A stretch of 64,000 nt of DNA from positions 242,692 to 306,691 of the forward strand of contig CAVXHV010000009.1 of NCBI GenBank assembly GCA_963761445.1, written 5' to 3'. The position numbers and the translations under genes are program-made. The DNA is from an uncultured Planctomycetota bacterium. GTDB taxonomy: Bacteria > Planctomycetota > Planctomycetia > Isosphaerales > Isosphaeraceae. Positions 1-10,531 of this stretch are shown in pieces; position 1 is the first letter of the stretch; every line of letters begins with the position of its first letter. Below the pieces are notes generated by a model. The model did not search any database, was not told the DNA's origin, and saw nothing but the letters and a program-made list of their open reading frames with translations.

Positions 1-1607
1 CCCGCGCCGACCGCCGGCAGCTCAACCTGATCTGCGCGTTCCTCCTCGCCGTGGCGCTGGCCGTCGCCTCGTTCCAGGCGATCCAGACCGTCGCGCTGGC
101 CCGGCTGCGCGGCAAGCTGGAATCCACTTTGTTGCCGGCATTCTGGGACCGGCTGCTCTCCCTGCCCGTACGATTCTTCGCCCAGTACGAGGCCGGCGAC
201 CTCGCAACCCGGGCCCTCGGCCCCGTCCGGTTGATTCCCGTGCTGACCAGCACGACGATGGCATCGATTCTGGCTTCGATCTTCGCACTCTTCAACGTGT
301 TGGCTCTGCTGATCCTGAACTGGCGGCTCGGCCTGGTGGCCGCGGCTCTGATGACGGTTTTCCCACTGGCGACCGCCATCGCCATGCGACCGCTCTGGAA
401 CTGCCAGCGCGAAATCTCCACCCTCCGCGGCGAGATCTCCGGCTTGCTGTTCGTGCTGCTGGGAGGCATCGCGCGAATTCGCGTCGGCGGGGCCGAACAA
501 CGCGCCTTTGCCCGCTGGGCCGCGCGCTATCAAGAGCAACTGAGGCGGAGCCTTCGTTTCCAGACGATCTGGGGCCGCCTCGTCCTCTTCGGCGACGTCT
601 GGCCGCTCGCCGTGCTGATGGCCGTACTCGCCTCGGCGGTCTTCGCCTCGGCGTTCAAGAGCGCCGGCGAATTCCTCGCCTTCAATTCCTCCCTCATGCT
701 CGGAGTTGCCGCCGCGGCCGGCCTGAGCAAGGGGGCCGTCTCCTTGATGGACGGCTTGAGGGAGTGCGAGCGATTCGCCCCGATCCTCGCCGCTGCGCCC
801 GAGGTCAACGAATCCAGCGGCGAAGTGGTCCGCCTGGGCGGAGCCATCCGGCTCGACAACCTCTCGTTCCGCTACGCACCCGACGGACCGCTGATCCTCG
901 ACTCGGTCAATTTCCAGGTCCGGCCCGGCGAGTTCGTCGCGATCGTCGGCCCTTCCGGTTCCGGTAAGTCGACCTTGCTGCGGCTGCTGCTCGGCTTCGA
1001 GACTCCCACCGACGGCTCTGTCTCCTACGACGGCCGCGAGCTCGAGACACTCGACGTCCAGGAGGTTCGCCGGCAGATCGGTGTCGTCCTCCAGGACGCA
1101 CGGCTCCGCCCCGGCGACATCTATTCCAACATCGTCGGGCTCTCCACCAACCTGACGCGCGACGACGCCTGGGACGCAGCCGAGCTCGCCGGCCTCGCCG
1201 AAGACATCGAGCAGATGCCCATGGGCATTCACACAGTTGTCACCGAGGGCGGCAGCGGCCTCTCCAGCGGCCAGCGACAACGCTTGATCATCGCCCGCGC
1301 CCTGGCCGGGCGGCCCCGGATCCTGCTGTTTGACGAGGCCACAAGCGCTCTGGACAACCGCACCCAGGCCCACGTGAGCCAGAGCATCCATGCCAAGCTC
1401 GGCGGGACCACGCGGGTAGCAATCGCCCACCGGCTCAGCACCATAATCGACGCCGATCGCATCTACGTCTTGAGCGGCGGAAAAATCGTCCAGACCGGCC
1501 GATATTCCCAACTGATCAAGGAGCCCGGTCCGTTCCGGGACCTCGCCCGCCGGCAGATGCTGGCCGAAGCACCCGAGCCTGCCGCCGGTACGAGTTCCAG
1601 GCCCTGA
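1..1607 (+). CDS. ABC exporter, fused permease/ATPase (peptide/bacteriocin-exporter-like); 5' end lies outside the window
   Basis: Frame is open from the window edge. Hydrophobic TM part is followed by an NBD with Walker A GPSGSGKST, signature LSSGQRQR, Walker B ILLFDEATSALD and H-loop AIAHRLS. Confidence 0.85.
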   Translation, partial: RADRRQLNLICAFLLAVALAVASFQAIQTVALARLRGKLESTLLPAFWDRLLSLPVRFFAQYEAGDLATRALGPVRLIPVLTSTTMASILASIFALFNVLALLILNWRLGLVAAALMTVFPLATAIAMRPLWNCQREISTLRGEISGLLFVLLGGIARIRVGGAEQRAFARWAARYQEQLRRSLRFQTIWGRLVLFGDVWPLAVLMAVLASAVFASAFKSAGEFLAFNSSLMLGVAAAAGLSKGAVSLMDGLRECERFAPILAAAPEVNESSGEVVRLGGAIRLDNLSFRYAPDGPLILDSVNFQVRPGEFVAIVGPSGSGKSTLLRLLLGFETPTDGSVSYDGRELETLDVQEVRRQIGVVLQDARLRPGDIYSNIVGLSTNLTRDDAWDAAELAGLAEDIEQMPMGIHTVVTEGGSGLSSGQRQRLIIARALAGRPRILLFDEATSALDNRTQAHVSQSIHAKLGGTTRVAIAHRLSTIIDADRIYVLSGGKIVQTGRYSQLIKEPGPFRDLARRQMLAEAPEPAAGTSSRP

Positions 1608-1670
1608 CAGCGAATCCGAGCGTGGCTCAATGTCGGGTAAAATCCGCGGCACACTAGCCCCAAGCGCAAC

Positions 1671-1896
1671 TTTTGATGTTCCGCATCTTGATTCTCGCCC
1701 TGAAAGGGCAAAATAAATCAGCCCAGGGCACCGCCCTGGGGTCTCGCGCGTTTTGATGTTCCGCATCTTGATTCTCGCCCTGAAAGGGCAAAACAAATCA
1801 GCCCAGGGCACCGCCCTGGGGTCTCGCGGTTTTGATGTTCTGCATCTTGATTCTCACCCTGAAAGGGCAAAACAAATCAGCCCAGGGCACCGCCCT
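1671..1896 (+). repeat. Three tandem ~80-bp REP-like units (family 1), each with two short hairpins
   Basis: Units at 1671-1750, 1751-1829 and 1830-1896 are near-identical. Each carries gccctgaaagggc and cccagggcaccgccctggg hairpins. The third unit is interrupted at 1896. Confidence 0.9.
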
Positions 1897-2165
1897 CGTC
1901 CTTACCCACAAGTCATAACACGATATTTAACAAGAGTTTACGATAAGATACGGAAGCATTATCGATCGACATACACAATTGTGATGTTATGCGCACTATT
2001 CACTTTCTCGGTTTTTCCGGGGAACTCTCAATATTGGCCGGCTCGTCATGTGAGTGCCTTTTGAATGCACCTGGTGTACATGTAGTACACATTTTCCAAT
2101 CAAAGCTCCGTTCTGTCGCCGTAACTTAATGAGCCATAACTGGTTCAGACTTGTGGGTAAGGACG
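1897..2165. mobile_element. MITE-like 269-bp AT-rich insertion inside REP unit 3
   Basis: Perfect 18-bp terminal inverted repeats: cgtccttacccacaagtc (1897-1914) and gacttgtgggtaaggacg (2148-2165). Flanked by a 13-bp direct repeat agggcaccgccct (1884-1896 and 2166-2178). No credible ORF inside. Confidence 0.55.
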
Positions 2166-2264
2166 AGGGCACCGCCCTGGGGTCTGGCGCGGAAATCCCG
2201 ACCCGTGTGGTTCGGGCGGCTTGTTTCGCCCTTTCAGGGCGATACCCTCTTTCGTTGACGTAAT

Positions 2265-2343
2265 CCCCGAGGGCGTTGCCCTGGGCTTTCTTGTGACTGC
2301 CCCATTCGGGGCGAGGAGAAGAACAGCGCAACATCACAAAACG
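2265..2343 (-). repeat. REP family 1 copy in inverted orientation
   Basis: Matches the reverse complement of the 1671-1750 unit (gttgccctgggc ... aacatcacaaaacg). A partial copy lies at about 2216-2250. Confidence 0.7.
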
Positions 2344-2575
2344 CAACCTAGGGTAAGGTGCGGGTCCTCCCTCTGGGAGACGGCCGGGGTGAGGGTCCCC
2401 CCGCACCCGACTCGAGCCCAAGGGGTTGCGAGACGGACTCGCCTCCCGTTACCCTAAGCCGGTCCCGCGTGAAGACGATGATCCGCCCCCAGGCGGCCGT
2501 TCCGAGCCTCCGTACCAGCCCGAAGCGGCCTCTTCGTCGGTCCGATCGCGAATCAAGGCTCAAGGAAATCCGACG

Positions 2576-3532
2576 GTGCAGATAACAAAGGCGGTGATCA
2601 CGGCCGCCGGCCGCGGGGCAAGGCAGTATCCCGCGTCCGACACCGTGCAGAAAGCGATGCTGCCCCTGGTCGACCGCGACGGCCTCACCAAGCCCGTCCT
2701 CCAGATCATCGCCGAGGAAGCACTCGAAAGCGGAATCGAGGAGATCGGCATCGTCACCGCGCCCGGTGACGAAGCCGTCTATCGCAACCACTTTCGCAAC
2801 TACGCCTCGAACCTCCGCTCGACGTATCGCGGCGTCGAGTGGGCCGAACAGCAAGCCCGGCGACTCAGCGACCTCGAGCAGCGCCTCTGCTTTGCCGTCC
2901 AGCCTCAACCCGACGGTTACGGCCATGCGGTCTGGTGCAGCCGGGCCTTCGTCGCCGATAAACCGTTCCTCCTCCTGCTGGGCGACCATCTCTATATCTC
3001 CGCGGAGCCGCGGCGATGCGCGCGGCAATTGATCGACCTGGCCGTCGCCCAGAACTGCCCGGTCTCGGCCGTCCAGGCCACGCGTGAACATCTGATCCAT
3101 CAATATGGCACCGTGACCGGGCGGCGGCTGCCCCAGCATCCCGAGGTCTACACCATCGAGGAAATCATCGAGAAGCCGAACCCGACGCTCGCCGAGCTGC
3201 GGCTTCAAGTCTCCGGCCTGCGGGCCGGCCACTACCTCTGTTTCTTCGGCATGCACGTGCTCTCGCCGGCCGTATTCGACCTGCTCGATCAACTGGTCCG
3301 CGACAACGTCCGCGAGCTGGGCCAGATTCAGCTCACCACCGCACTCGATGCACTGGCCCGCACCGAGCGTTATCTCGCGCTCGAAACCCGCGGCAGCCGA
3401 TACAACATCGGAGTCAAGTTCGGCGTGGTCGAAGCCCAGGTCGCACTGGCTCTGGCGGGCGTCGACCGCGAGCGAATCCTCGCGCTCCTGCTCGAATCGA
3501 TCGTTCGTGTCGAACAAAACCTTCCCCGGTAA
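2576..3532 (+). CDS. Sugar-phosphate nucleotidyltransferase, GalU (UTP-glucose-1-phosphate uridylyltransferase)-like
   Basis: N-terminal AVITAAGRGARQYPASDTVQKAMLPLVD resembles the GalU G-x-G-T-R/PxxKxxPKEMLP motif. An in-frame GTG at 2576 is preceded by aagga. The track ORF 2426-3532 probably overextends at its 5' end. Confidence 0.7.
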   Translation: MQITKAVITAAGRGARQYPASDTVQKAMLPLVDRDGLTKPVLQIIAEEALESGIEEIGIVTAPGDEAVYRNHFRNYASNLRSTYRGVEWAEQQARRLSDLEQRLCFAVQPQPDGYGHAVWCSRAFVADKPFLLLLGDHLYISAEPRRCARQLIDLAVAQNCPVSAVQATREHLIHQYGTVTGRRLPQHPEVYTIEEIIEKPNPTLAELRLQVSGLRAGHYLCFFGMHVLSPAVFDLLDQLVRDNVRELGQIQLTTALDALARTERYLALETRGSRYNIGVKFGVVEAQVALALAGVDRERILALLLESIVRVEQNLPR

Positions 3533-3620
3533 GCTCACGCTCACGGCAATCACGGTGCATTTCCTGTTAACGGTTGTGGTTTCGAGCGGGATGTCAGGCT
3601 AGAAGCCTGACCTTTAATTC

Positions 3621-6600
3621 ATGTCGCAACTCGGCCAGACGCTCATCTCGACGATCACCGACACCGATCCGGCAGTCCGCGACCGCTCGGCAAGAGAGCT
3701 GGCGGGCCGGGTGAGTCTGGCCGAGAAGCTCGAGGCCTGCCGGGAGCTCGAGGAATTCCGGCGGGGCCGGCAAAACCTCTACGAGCGCGTGCGTGCGTCG
3801 CTTTTCCTGCACGCGCTTTACCGCTTCGAGATCCAGGAAGACCCGGCCATCCCTGGCGCCGGGCTCATTCCGTTTTCCGGCTTCACGCACTTGATGGACC
3901 GGCGCTACGAGCAGGCGATCGCCGAGCTCCTGGACGCGATGGCGCACGACGGACCCAGCGGCACGCTTGCCAGCGCCCTGCGCGAGCGTACGAACAGATC
4001 GCGTTCCAGACGCTCGCCGACCAGGTACGCAGCTCGGTTCGATCGTGCCAGGGCAATCGCTGGATGTTCCGCGTGGGATGCGCCGACGAGCATCCGCTGC
4101 GAATCGCCCCGCAGCTCCTGGTGCGCGACCCCGACCTCGGGCTCTTCCCCATCCTGGTCGAGCGCACGCCCGTGCGGCTCGACCTCTCCCACAGCGCCTG
4201 GTCCGACATCTTCTTCCTGGGAATGGATTTTCCCGAAGGCGCGAGGGTGCTGAATATCTCCGTCGACCTGGGCGTCCACGGCCGCGACCGCCAACCACGC
4301 CCGCCCATCGAGTCGCGGCTGCGGGTGATCACCGAGCCGATCCTGCGGCTGACGAGCATCGACCTGAACGCATGCAAGGACGTCGATAGTCTCGACGAGC
4401 TGTTCAACTTCGGCAACGACTACCTGGGGCTGGTCAAGGCGGCGGTGGTCGCCTCGGGGTTGATCCCCCCTGCCCTGGAAGGCACCAGCACACCGCTCGC
4501 CGACCTGCTCGCGACGATCGTCCGCCCCGGTCACGGACTGGAGATCGTCAGCAAGGTCAACGATATTCCCAAGGGGTCGCGGCTCGCGGTCTCGACCAAC
4601 CTGCTCGCGTCGCTCATCTCGCTCATGATGCGCGCCACCGGCCAGGTGCCCAGTCTGATCGGACCGCTCGGCCCCCAAGAATCCAAAGTCGTCGTGGCCA
4701 GGGCAATCCTGGGCGAATGGCTGGGAGGTTCGGGAGGCGGCTGGCAAGACTCCGGGGGCGTCTTCCCGGGCATCAAGCTGATCGAAGGAGTGTCGGCCTC
4801 GGAAGGCGACCCGGAGTGGGGCATCAGCCGGGGGCGACTGCTCCCCTCGCACCGGCTGCTGAACAGTGCCGAGATCGACCAGGCAATATCGAAGCCGGCG
4901 GCTCCGTCCACCGCGCCCGCGTTGCCGGAGGCACTGGCGGAAAGCCTGGTTGTCGTCCACGGCGGAATGGCCCAGAATGTCGGGCCCATCCTCAACATGG
5001 TCACGACGAAGTATCTGCTCCGCGATCCCGACGCCTGGGTCGCCCGGCTTGAGAGCTTGCAGATCTTTGACGAGCTCATCGCGGCGGTCGAGGGAGCGGA
5101 CGTGCGCACGATCGGGCGCTGCACGACCCGGAACTGGGAAGGCCCCTTGAAGCAGATCATCCCCTGGGTCACCAATCTCTTCACCGAGACCATCATCCGC
5201 CAGGCCCGAGACTTGCTTCAAAGCGACTTCTGGGGTTTCCTGATGCTGGGCGGCATGTCGGGCGGCGGCATGGCCTTCTTCGTGGCACCCCACCGGCACA
5301 ATGAATTCCAGGAGCGGATCGCCGCGATCATGCGCGAGGCCAAGGAGGCGCTCGACGACGCCTTGCCGTTCGCGATGGAGCCGGTCGTCTACGACTTCCG
5401 GATCAACCCGCACGGCACGCTGGCAGCCCTTGATTCGGCGCGCGAGGCGATGATGCCTTCCCAGTATTACGCCCTGCAAACCCCCCGGATGATCGCGGCG
5501 GCGGCCGGTAGCGTGCCTTACGACCGCCGCGCCGACGTCGACCATTTCGCCAATCGCTGCCCGGATAGCGGCGAGCTGGTGCGCGTGTTTCGCACGATGA
5601 TCAACCATCTGTTCCCCGTCTCGCGGAGCAGCGACTCCGGCTCGAAATCGCAGTGGGACGCCGAGGCCGCGCTTATTCGCCGGGATAACGGCTTCGACCC
5701 GGTCCAGCACGCGCAGCTTCGCGACGACCTCGAGCGCGGCCGAATCGGCCTGGCGCGCAACCGTTTGCCCGTCGATCTCGATATCAGCGACGTGCACGAT
5801 TCCGAGCTGATCATGGCCCACGGGCCGCCCGGCCACTCGGCGATCGCCCGTGGAACCTCGGTGATCGAACGTGGCGGCGTGGCCGTGGTGACGCTTGCCG
5901 CGGGCGTCGGCAGCCGGTGGACGACTGGCGCGGGTGTGGTCAAGGCCGTGAACCCGTTCGTCATGCTGGATGGCCGGCATCGCAGTTTCCTGGAAATCCA
6001 TTTTGCCAAGACGCGGAAGAGCCAGGGTCGCTCGGCCCAAGCGATTCCGCATGTCGTCACGACCAGCTATCTCACGCATGCCGCGATCGAGCGTCATCTG
6101 AAAGCGACCGGCAATTTCGGCCACAGCGGCCCGGTCTATCTCTCGCCGGGCCGATCGATCGGCCAGCGGCTGGTGCCGATGACCCGCGACCTGGTCTTCC
6201 TCTGGGAAGAGTCCGCGCACGAGGTGCTTCAGGAAACCAAGCAGAAGGTGCGCGAGGCCTCGCGGCGGGCGATCCTCGAGTGGGCCAAGAGTCAGGGCGA
6301 GGGCACCGACTACACGGACAACCTGCCGATCCAGCGTTTCAATCCGCCGGGCCATTTCTACGAGGTCCCGAATTTGCTATTGAACGGGGTGCTCGCGCAG
6401 CTTCTGGACGAGTATCCCCACCTGGAGTGGCTGCTGGTGCACAATATTGACACCCTGGGAGCGACGATTGACCCCGGAGTGCTGGGCCTGGCGATCGAGT
6501 CCGGCTCTTGCCTGAGCTTCGAGGTGATTGCGCGGCGAATCGACGACCGCGGCGGCGGCCTGGCCAAAGTGGCCGGGCGGCTGCGACTGCTGGAGGGCCT

Positions 6601-7009
6601 GGCTCAGCCGCGTGAAGAAACTGAGTTTGCGCTGCGCTACTACAACTCGCTGACAACCTGGGTTCGGATCGACGGTCTGTTGGCGGCATTCGGGATCACT
6701 CGAGGGGACTTGAAGAACGACCACGCGAAAGTGAGCGCGGCCGTGCGGAACATGGCGTCGCGCTTGCCGACATACGTCACGATCAAGGACGTGAAGCGGC
6801 GGTGGGGTCATGGTCAGGAAGACATTTACCCGGTGGCCCAGTTCGAGAAGTTGTGGGGCGACATGAGTTCCCTGCCGGACCTGCACAGCGCGTTCCTGGC
6901 CGTCTCGCGCCAGCGCGGCCAGCAGCTCAAGGATGTCGCGCAGCTCGATGGGTGGGCCGACGATGGGAGCCTCGAGTACGTAAGGTTGTTGTGTGAATTC
7001 GGCCGGTGA
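3621..7009 (+). CDS. Large fusion protein: GHMP/fucokinase-like sugar kinase region plus C-terminal UDPGP-type (eukaryotic-type) UDP-sugar pyrophosphorylase. One apparent frameshift near 3987.
   Basis: ORFs 3621-4253 and 4064-7009 join if one base is restored at about 3987 (..LASALRE|AYEQIAFQTLADQV..). Motifs: GGSGGGWQDSGG, LGGMSGGGMAFFV (GHMP-like), then AAGVGSRW.., VHNIDTLGA (UDPGP-like). Confidence 0.7.
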
Positions 7010-7051
7010 CAAGTTTGGGGTGATTTTCGATAGATGGGCTCGCGCGAATAT

Positions 7052-7152
7052 CATTGTCGCCCTTCGCTCCGCGAAGGGACCTGCTTTCTGATGTCTGTCG
7101 TTGGGATGAGCTTTCGCCCATAACATTGTCGCCCTTCGCTCCGCGAAGGGAC
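7052..7152 (+). repeat. Two direct copies of REP family 2 hairpin (cattgtcgcccttcgctccgcgaagggac)
   Basis: Identical 29-mers at 7052-7080 and 7124-7152. The core cccttcgc/gcgaaggg forms an 8-bp stem. They lie just downstream of the stop at 7009. Related copies occur at 41759-41788 and 48638-48664. Confidence 0.85.
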
Positions 7153-7572
7153 TTTCTCACCGAAAACGCCAGAAAACGGGGTAAAACCGTCGGAAGTACG
7201 CCGAGATGACGGCCTCGCCGTTGTTGAAGCACGCGCGCAGCAGATGCAGCCCCCCGTCACTTGCGTCATCTGCGTCATTGACTTCGTCACAGCGAGCGAA
7301 TCCCAGCAGCCGCCAGCGCGACGGAAGCGCTTCACCAATGGCCAAGGTCGTCCCACGGTCGATCCTGGGCTCGACCGACGACACGGCAAAGCTGCCAGGG
7401 CGACTTGCGCACTCATCCCGGCGAACATACCAACCCGAAGCGCAAGCGAGGATTCCGGTTACTCTCGCTCGCCCTTCGGGCAAGTGTGCTGACGGTATTA
7501 CCCGCAATTGAACCAGGCCCGAGTTCGTTTTGTATATTTGACGGTGTTCCTTTCTCCACGAGGGGTTAGGGG

Positions 7573-9056
7573 CAATACCGTTTAATGAGTCATAACCACG
7601 GACTCCAGAAAGCTTTTCCTCAAGGGCGGACGGCGGCGGTGTTCGGGGCGTTTCTTCTTCCATTTCGACATCTTTCGCTTGATCACGCGCGGGTTGATTC
7701 GGTTACGCCGCGGCTCCGTGCGCTCGGTTTGCATCTCCCAGAGGACTGCTTTGTACCAACTTTCCAATTCCGCGCGTGTCTTACCTTTGCATTCGGGCAG
7801 CCGGCATTTCAGGATCTGGAAACATCCCGTGAACGACAGCCGATCGGGGTCGAGATCGGCCGTTGCAGCGGCCTCGAACATCAGCGACCGGATCACGAAA
7901 TGGGCCAGGGCCAACGCATAGACTTCCTGGATCACACCTGTGGGGGTTTCGCTCCGCAACTGCGCTGGCTTGGTCGCTCGTCGTGGGTCTTGGTGGGTCT
8001 TTTGCTCGTCGAAAACGAGTTCTTCCTCCCACCGTTCATGGTAAAGAAGGATCAATTCCATCGCGGGATAAAGTTCGTCGTCGAGGAGATTCGTCATGAG
8101 AACATGTTCCTCGCCGTGTCCGACCCGCTGGGGGTCGTCCAGCGTGTAGCGGATCACCCGGACTTCAATCCCATTGCGGTCGTGCTTCCGATCATAATCG
8201 CACTTGTAAATCTTTGTGATGTACGAACCATCGGCCAAGGTTCGAATAGGTCGCAAGATCAAACTGCTGGTCACACGCGCCAGCACCTTTACTTTTCGCT
8301 CGGTCAGCCTCTGCCACTGTGTATAGCTGAAAAAACCTCGATCCCAGAGCAGGAGCATTTCCGGAGTAAAGTGAGGGAGCAAACCCTCGACCATCGAGTG
8401 CTCGCCACAACTGCTACACCCCACGACCAAGGCGACTTCAACGTGAGTCCCCAACTCGACCAAGCTCAGCTTGCGAATTTGGGGGAAAGCCGCCATCGCC
8501 CCGCTCGCCCGCGGAGGGGCGTGCAAAGTTGGCCGCGTTGGCATCCGAGTCGGGGACATCGAGGATGGTCCCGTCGATGCCCATCAGACGCCACCCACGA
8601 TAAAATGCTCCCGGTGTCTCGGGCCGAGCGAGTGGATGAACGATCTGTTCGAAGAGATGTTGCACGGGTTCCACACCCAACCGCTGCCGGGCGACGCACA
8701 GGCTGGAACGATGGGGCGAGTCTTCACCGTGGTGAAATCGCCGAGCGAGCTTGAAGACCTGCCGAATCGGCACGTCGGTGAACAATCCCATCGCAAGCAC
8801 CACCCACAACATGATCTCATGGGTCAACGTGCATTGTCGCGAATTAATCCGGCCTGTGGCCGCAAGAGCTTGTTGAATGTCCTCGGGGCGGATAACCTTT
8901 TCGAGTCCAGCCAATCGGTCCAATACCCGGCCTGCTTCATCAGCCGGCAACGCACATCGTCCTTGATGCATGCGAGTCGCAGCCTCCTTGTTTCCCTGGT
9001 TGTTGCCAAACACAAGGTAACAAGAGGCTGTGACTTGCGCCTATTTCAACGGTATT
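7573..9056 (-). mobile_element. IS4-family insertion sequence, copy A (1484 bp)
   Basis: Termini are caataccgtt... and ...aacggtattg. A 10-bp direct repeat gggttagggg lies at 7563-7572 and 9057-9066. Roughly 90 percent identical by eye to copy B at 36477-37960. Confidence 0.9.
7582..9013 (-). pseudogene. IS4-family DDE transposase, frameshifted (copy A)
   Basis: ORFs 8438-9013 and 7582-8559 align to the N and C parts of the intact 476-aa copy B protein. One extra base relative to copy B lies in 8480-8530 (around ..GDGxFPQ..). Confidence 0.85.
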
Positions 9057-9555
9057 GGGGTTAGGGGAACGGCTCGAGTCCGCCCGCCGCACGGGGTTTG
9101 CCACTACAAAACGGCCAGATCGATGGCCTGTGGAGCATCCCCGAGCAGGAACGCCGGAATGTCCGCGTCCAGTCTGAGCGTTGTTTCCCATCGCTCGGCC
9201 CTCCAACTTCGTTCCCTTCGTTTGCTTCTGTTCAACATCGATTGCTGATTTCCATGCTCTCCGTGCCGTCCGTGGTTAACAATCTCGTTTGTCTCCCCCA
9301 TGATCCCCTCCGCCTTGACTCCAGTCCTCCGCCCTCCGCCCTCCGCCCTGTTTCCCGTCCTCCGCCCGGTCTCTAAAACTAGTGAACAACACCCGCGATT
9401 TTTAGTGGCAGTATTGGGGTGAGTACTGCCACAAGGTTTTTGAATCGCCGGAAGACACACGGATAGACTCCGATCCCTGGTTATCTCTTCGACTTGCAGA
9501 TCGAATAATCCGCCTCTGATGATCGCTCGCGCACATCGCAAAGTGGCAGAAAGTG

Positions 9556-9607
9556 GCAGTCCTGGAGGTGTTTTTCGAGCATCCGTACACCGGTGTAAAT
9601 CAGCCGC
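9556..9607 (+). repeat. Dispersed repeat containing the perfect palindrome TACACCGGTGTA (copy 1)
   Basis: tcctggagg..agcatc.gtacaccggtgtaaatc..ccgc is shared with 10390-10441. The palindrome is at 9586-9597. Confidence 0.8.
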
Positions 9608-10389
9608 TTTCAGAGGCGGCCGCTGGCAATCTTCCGTCGCGTGTCGAGATTCGTTCAATGAAGCAGAACTAGAAGCTGAAGCTAGATTCATGCTTTGTTC
9701 CCGCGACGATTGGACTGGAATGAAATGGATTGGAATCGATTGGATTTAGATGAAGCAAGGAGTTCTCGGTTATCTGCCCAGATCTCCGTCCGCGCCGTGC
9801 GCCCACCCGCGGGTCTGCGCAGACACGGCTCACACTAGAATGATCAGCACAAACCGCGATCCAGTTGCCAAAAGAAAAAAGAATTCGTCCGTTTCGAGTC
9901 GGTATTCCTCCCCTCGGCCTCCGCTTGCCGTCCTCCGCTCGGGTTCGTTCGCGAATTCCAGCCACGTTGTCAAGTGCCAGTTCCTTATCGTTTCCTGATC
10001 CAATCATATTTCCAGTCTCATCTTATGCATTTCCAGCCGCCTGATCCCCTTGGGTTCGTTCGTCACATTTTGGTATTCTGAGCGCCGCGAGGGCCACCCC
10101 TCAATTGTCCGACCGCGATCGCCGTCATTGACAGCAACGAATCCTCCATTCGCACGAATCACCCAACGCGTTTCCGAAGATCAACTGACAACTGACCGTC
10201 CTCTCTCTAAGCATACTGGACAACACCTCCATTCCAGAGTGCCGGTTTTGGGGCCATTGGTGCGCGAGGCCTTTTGAATCGCTGTGACACGCACGCCTCA
10301 TCTCCGATCCATTGATTTATGCTCGACTTACAAATCGCACGCCGCGCCGTGGACGCCCCGTTTTCGGATTGCACTTTTTGGCACGTTTC

Positions 10390-10441
10390 GGCACTCCTGG
10401 AGGAAAAGTCCAGCATCAGTACACCGGTGTAAATCGACCGC
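10390..10441 (+). repeat. Dispersed repeat containing the perfect palindrome TACACCGGTGTA (copy 2)
   Basis: Palindrome at 10420-10431. A second shared motif gcgatccagttgc..gaagaattc.tc.gtttcga occurs at 9855-9905 and 10631-10675 in the same order. Confidence 0.8.
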
Positions 10442-10453
10442 AGATCGAAGCCG

Positions 10454-10531
10454 TTTTGGATGCATTCCGGTTCTCGGCCTGAAAGGCCGCAACAAAATAG
10501 CCCAACGGCAACGCCTTGGGTTCCCGCCGCG
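10454..10531 (+). repeat. Diverged REP family 1 copy
   Basis: ttttggatgcattccggttctcggcctgaaaggccgcaacaaaatagcccaacggcaacgccttggg parallels the 1671-1750 unit, including both hairpins. Confidence 0.6.

Noticed and set aside
1671-1896. Possible CRISPR array
   Set aside because: The whole approximately 80-bp units are repeated head to tail with no unique spacers, there is no cas gene nearby, and the units are hairpin REP-like elements.
2348-3553. 401-aa ORF on the minus strand
   Set aside because: It is antisense to the GalU-like gene, whose plus-strand translation has clear nucleotidyltransferase motifs.
3905-6355. 816-aa ORF on the minus strand
   Set aside because: It lies entirely antisense to the kinase-UDPGP gene. 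Its composition is Arg/Gly/Asp-rich with no motifs, which is the typical high-GC antisense open frame.
7206-7511. Plus-strand 101-aa and 82-aa ORFs downstream of the UDPGP gene
   Set aside because: They are Ser/Arg/Ala/Pro-rich with no motifs. They overlap the minus-strand ORF fragment that is disrupted by IS4 copy A.
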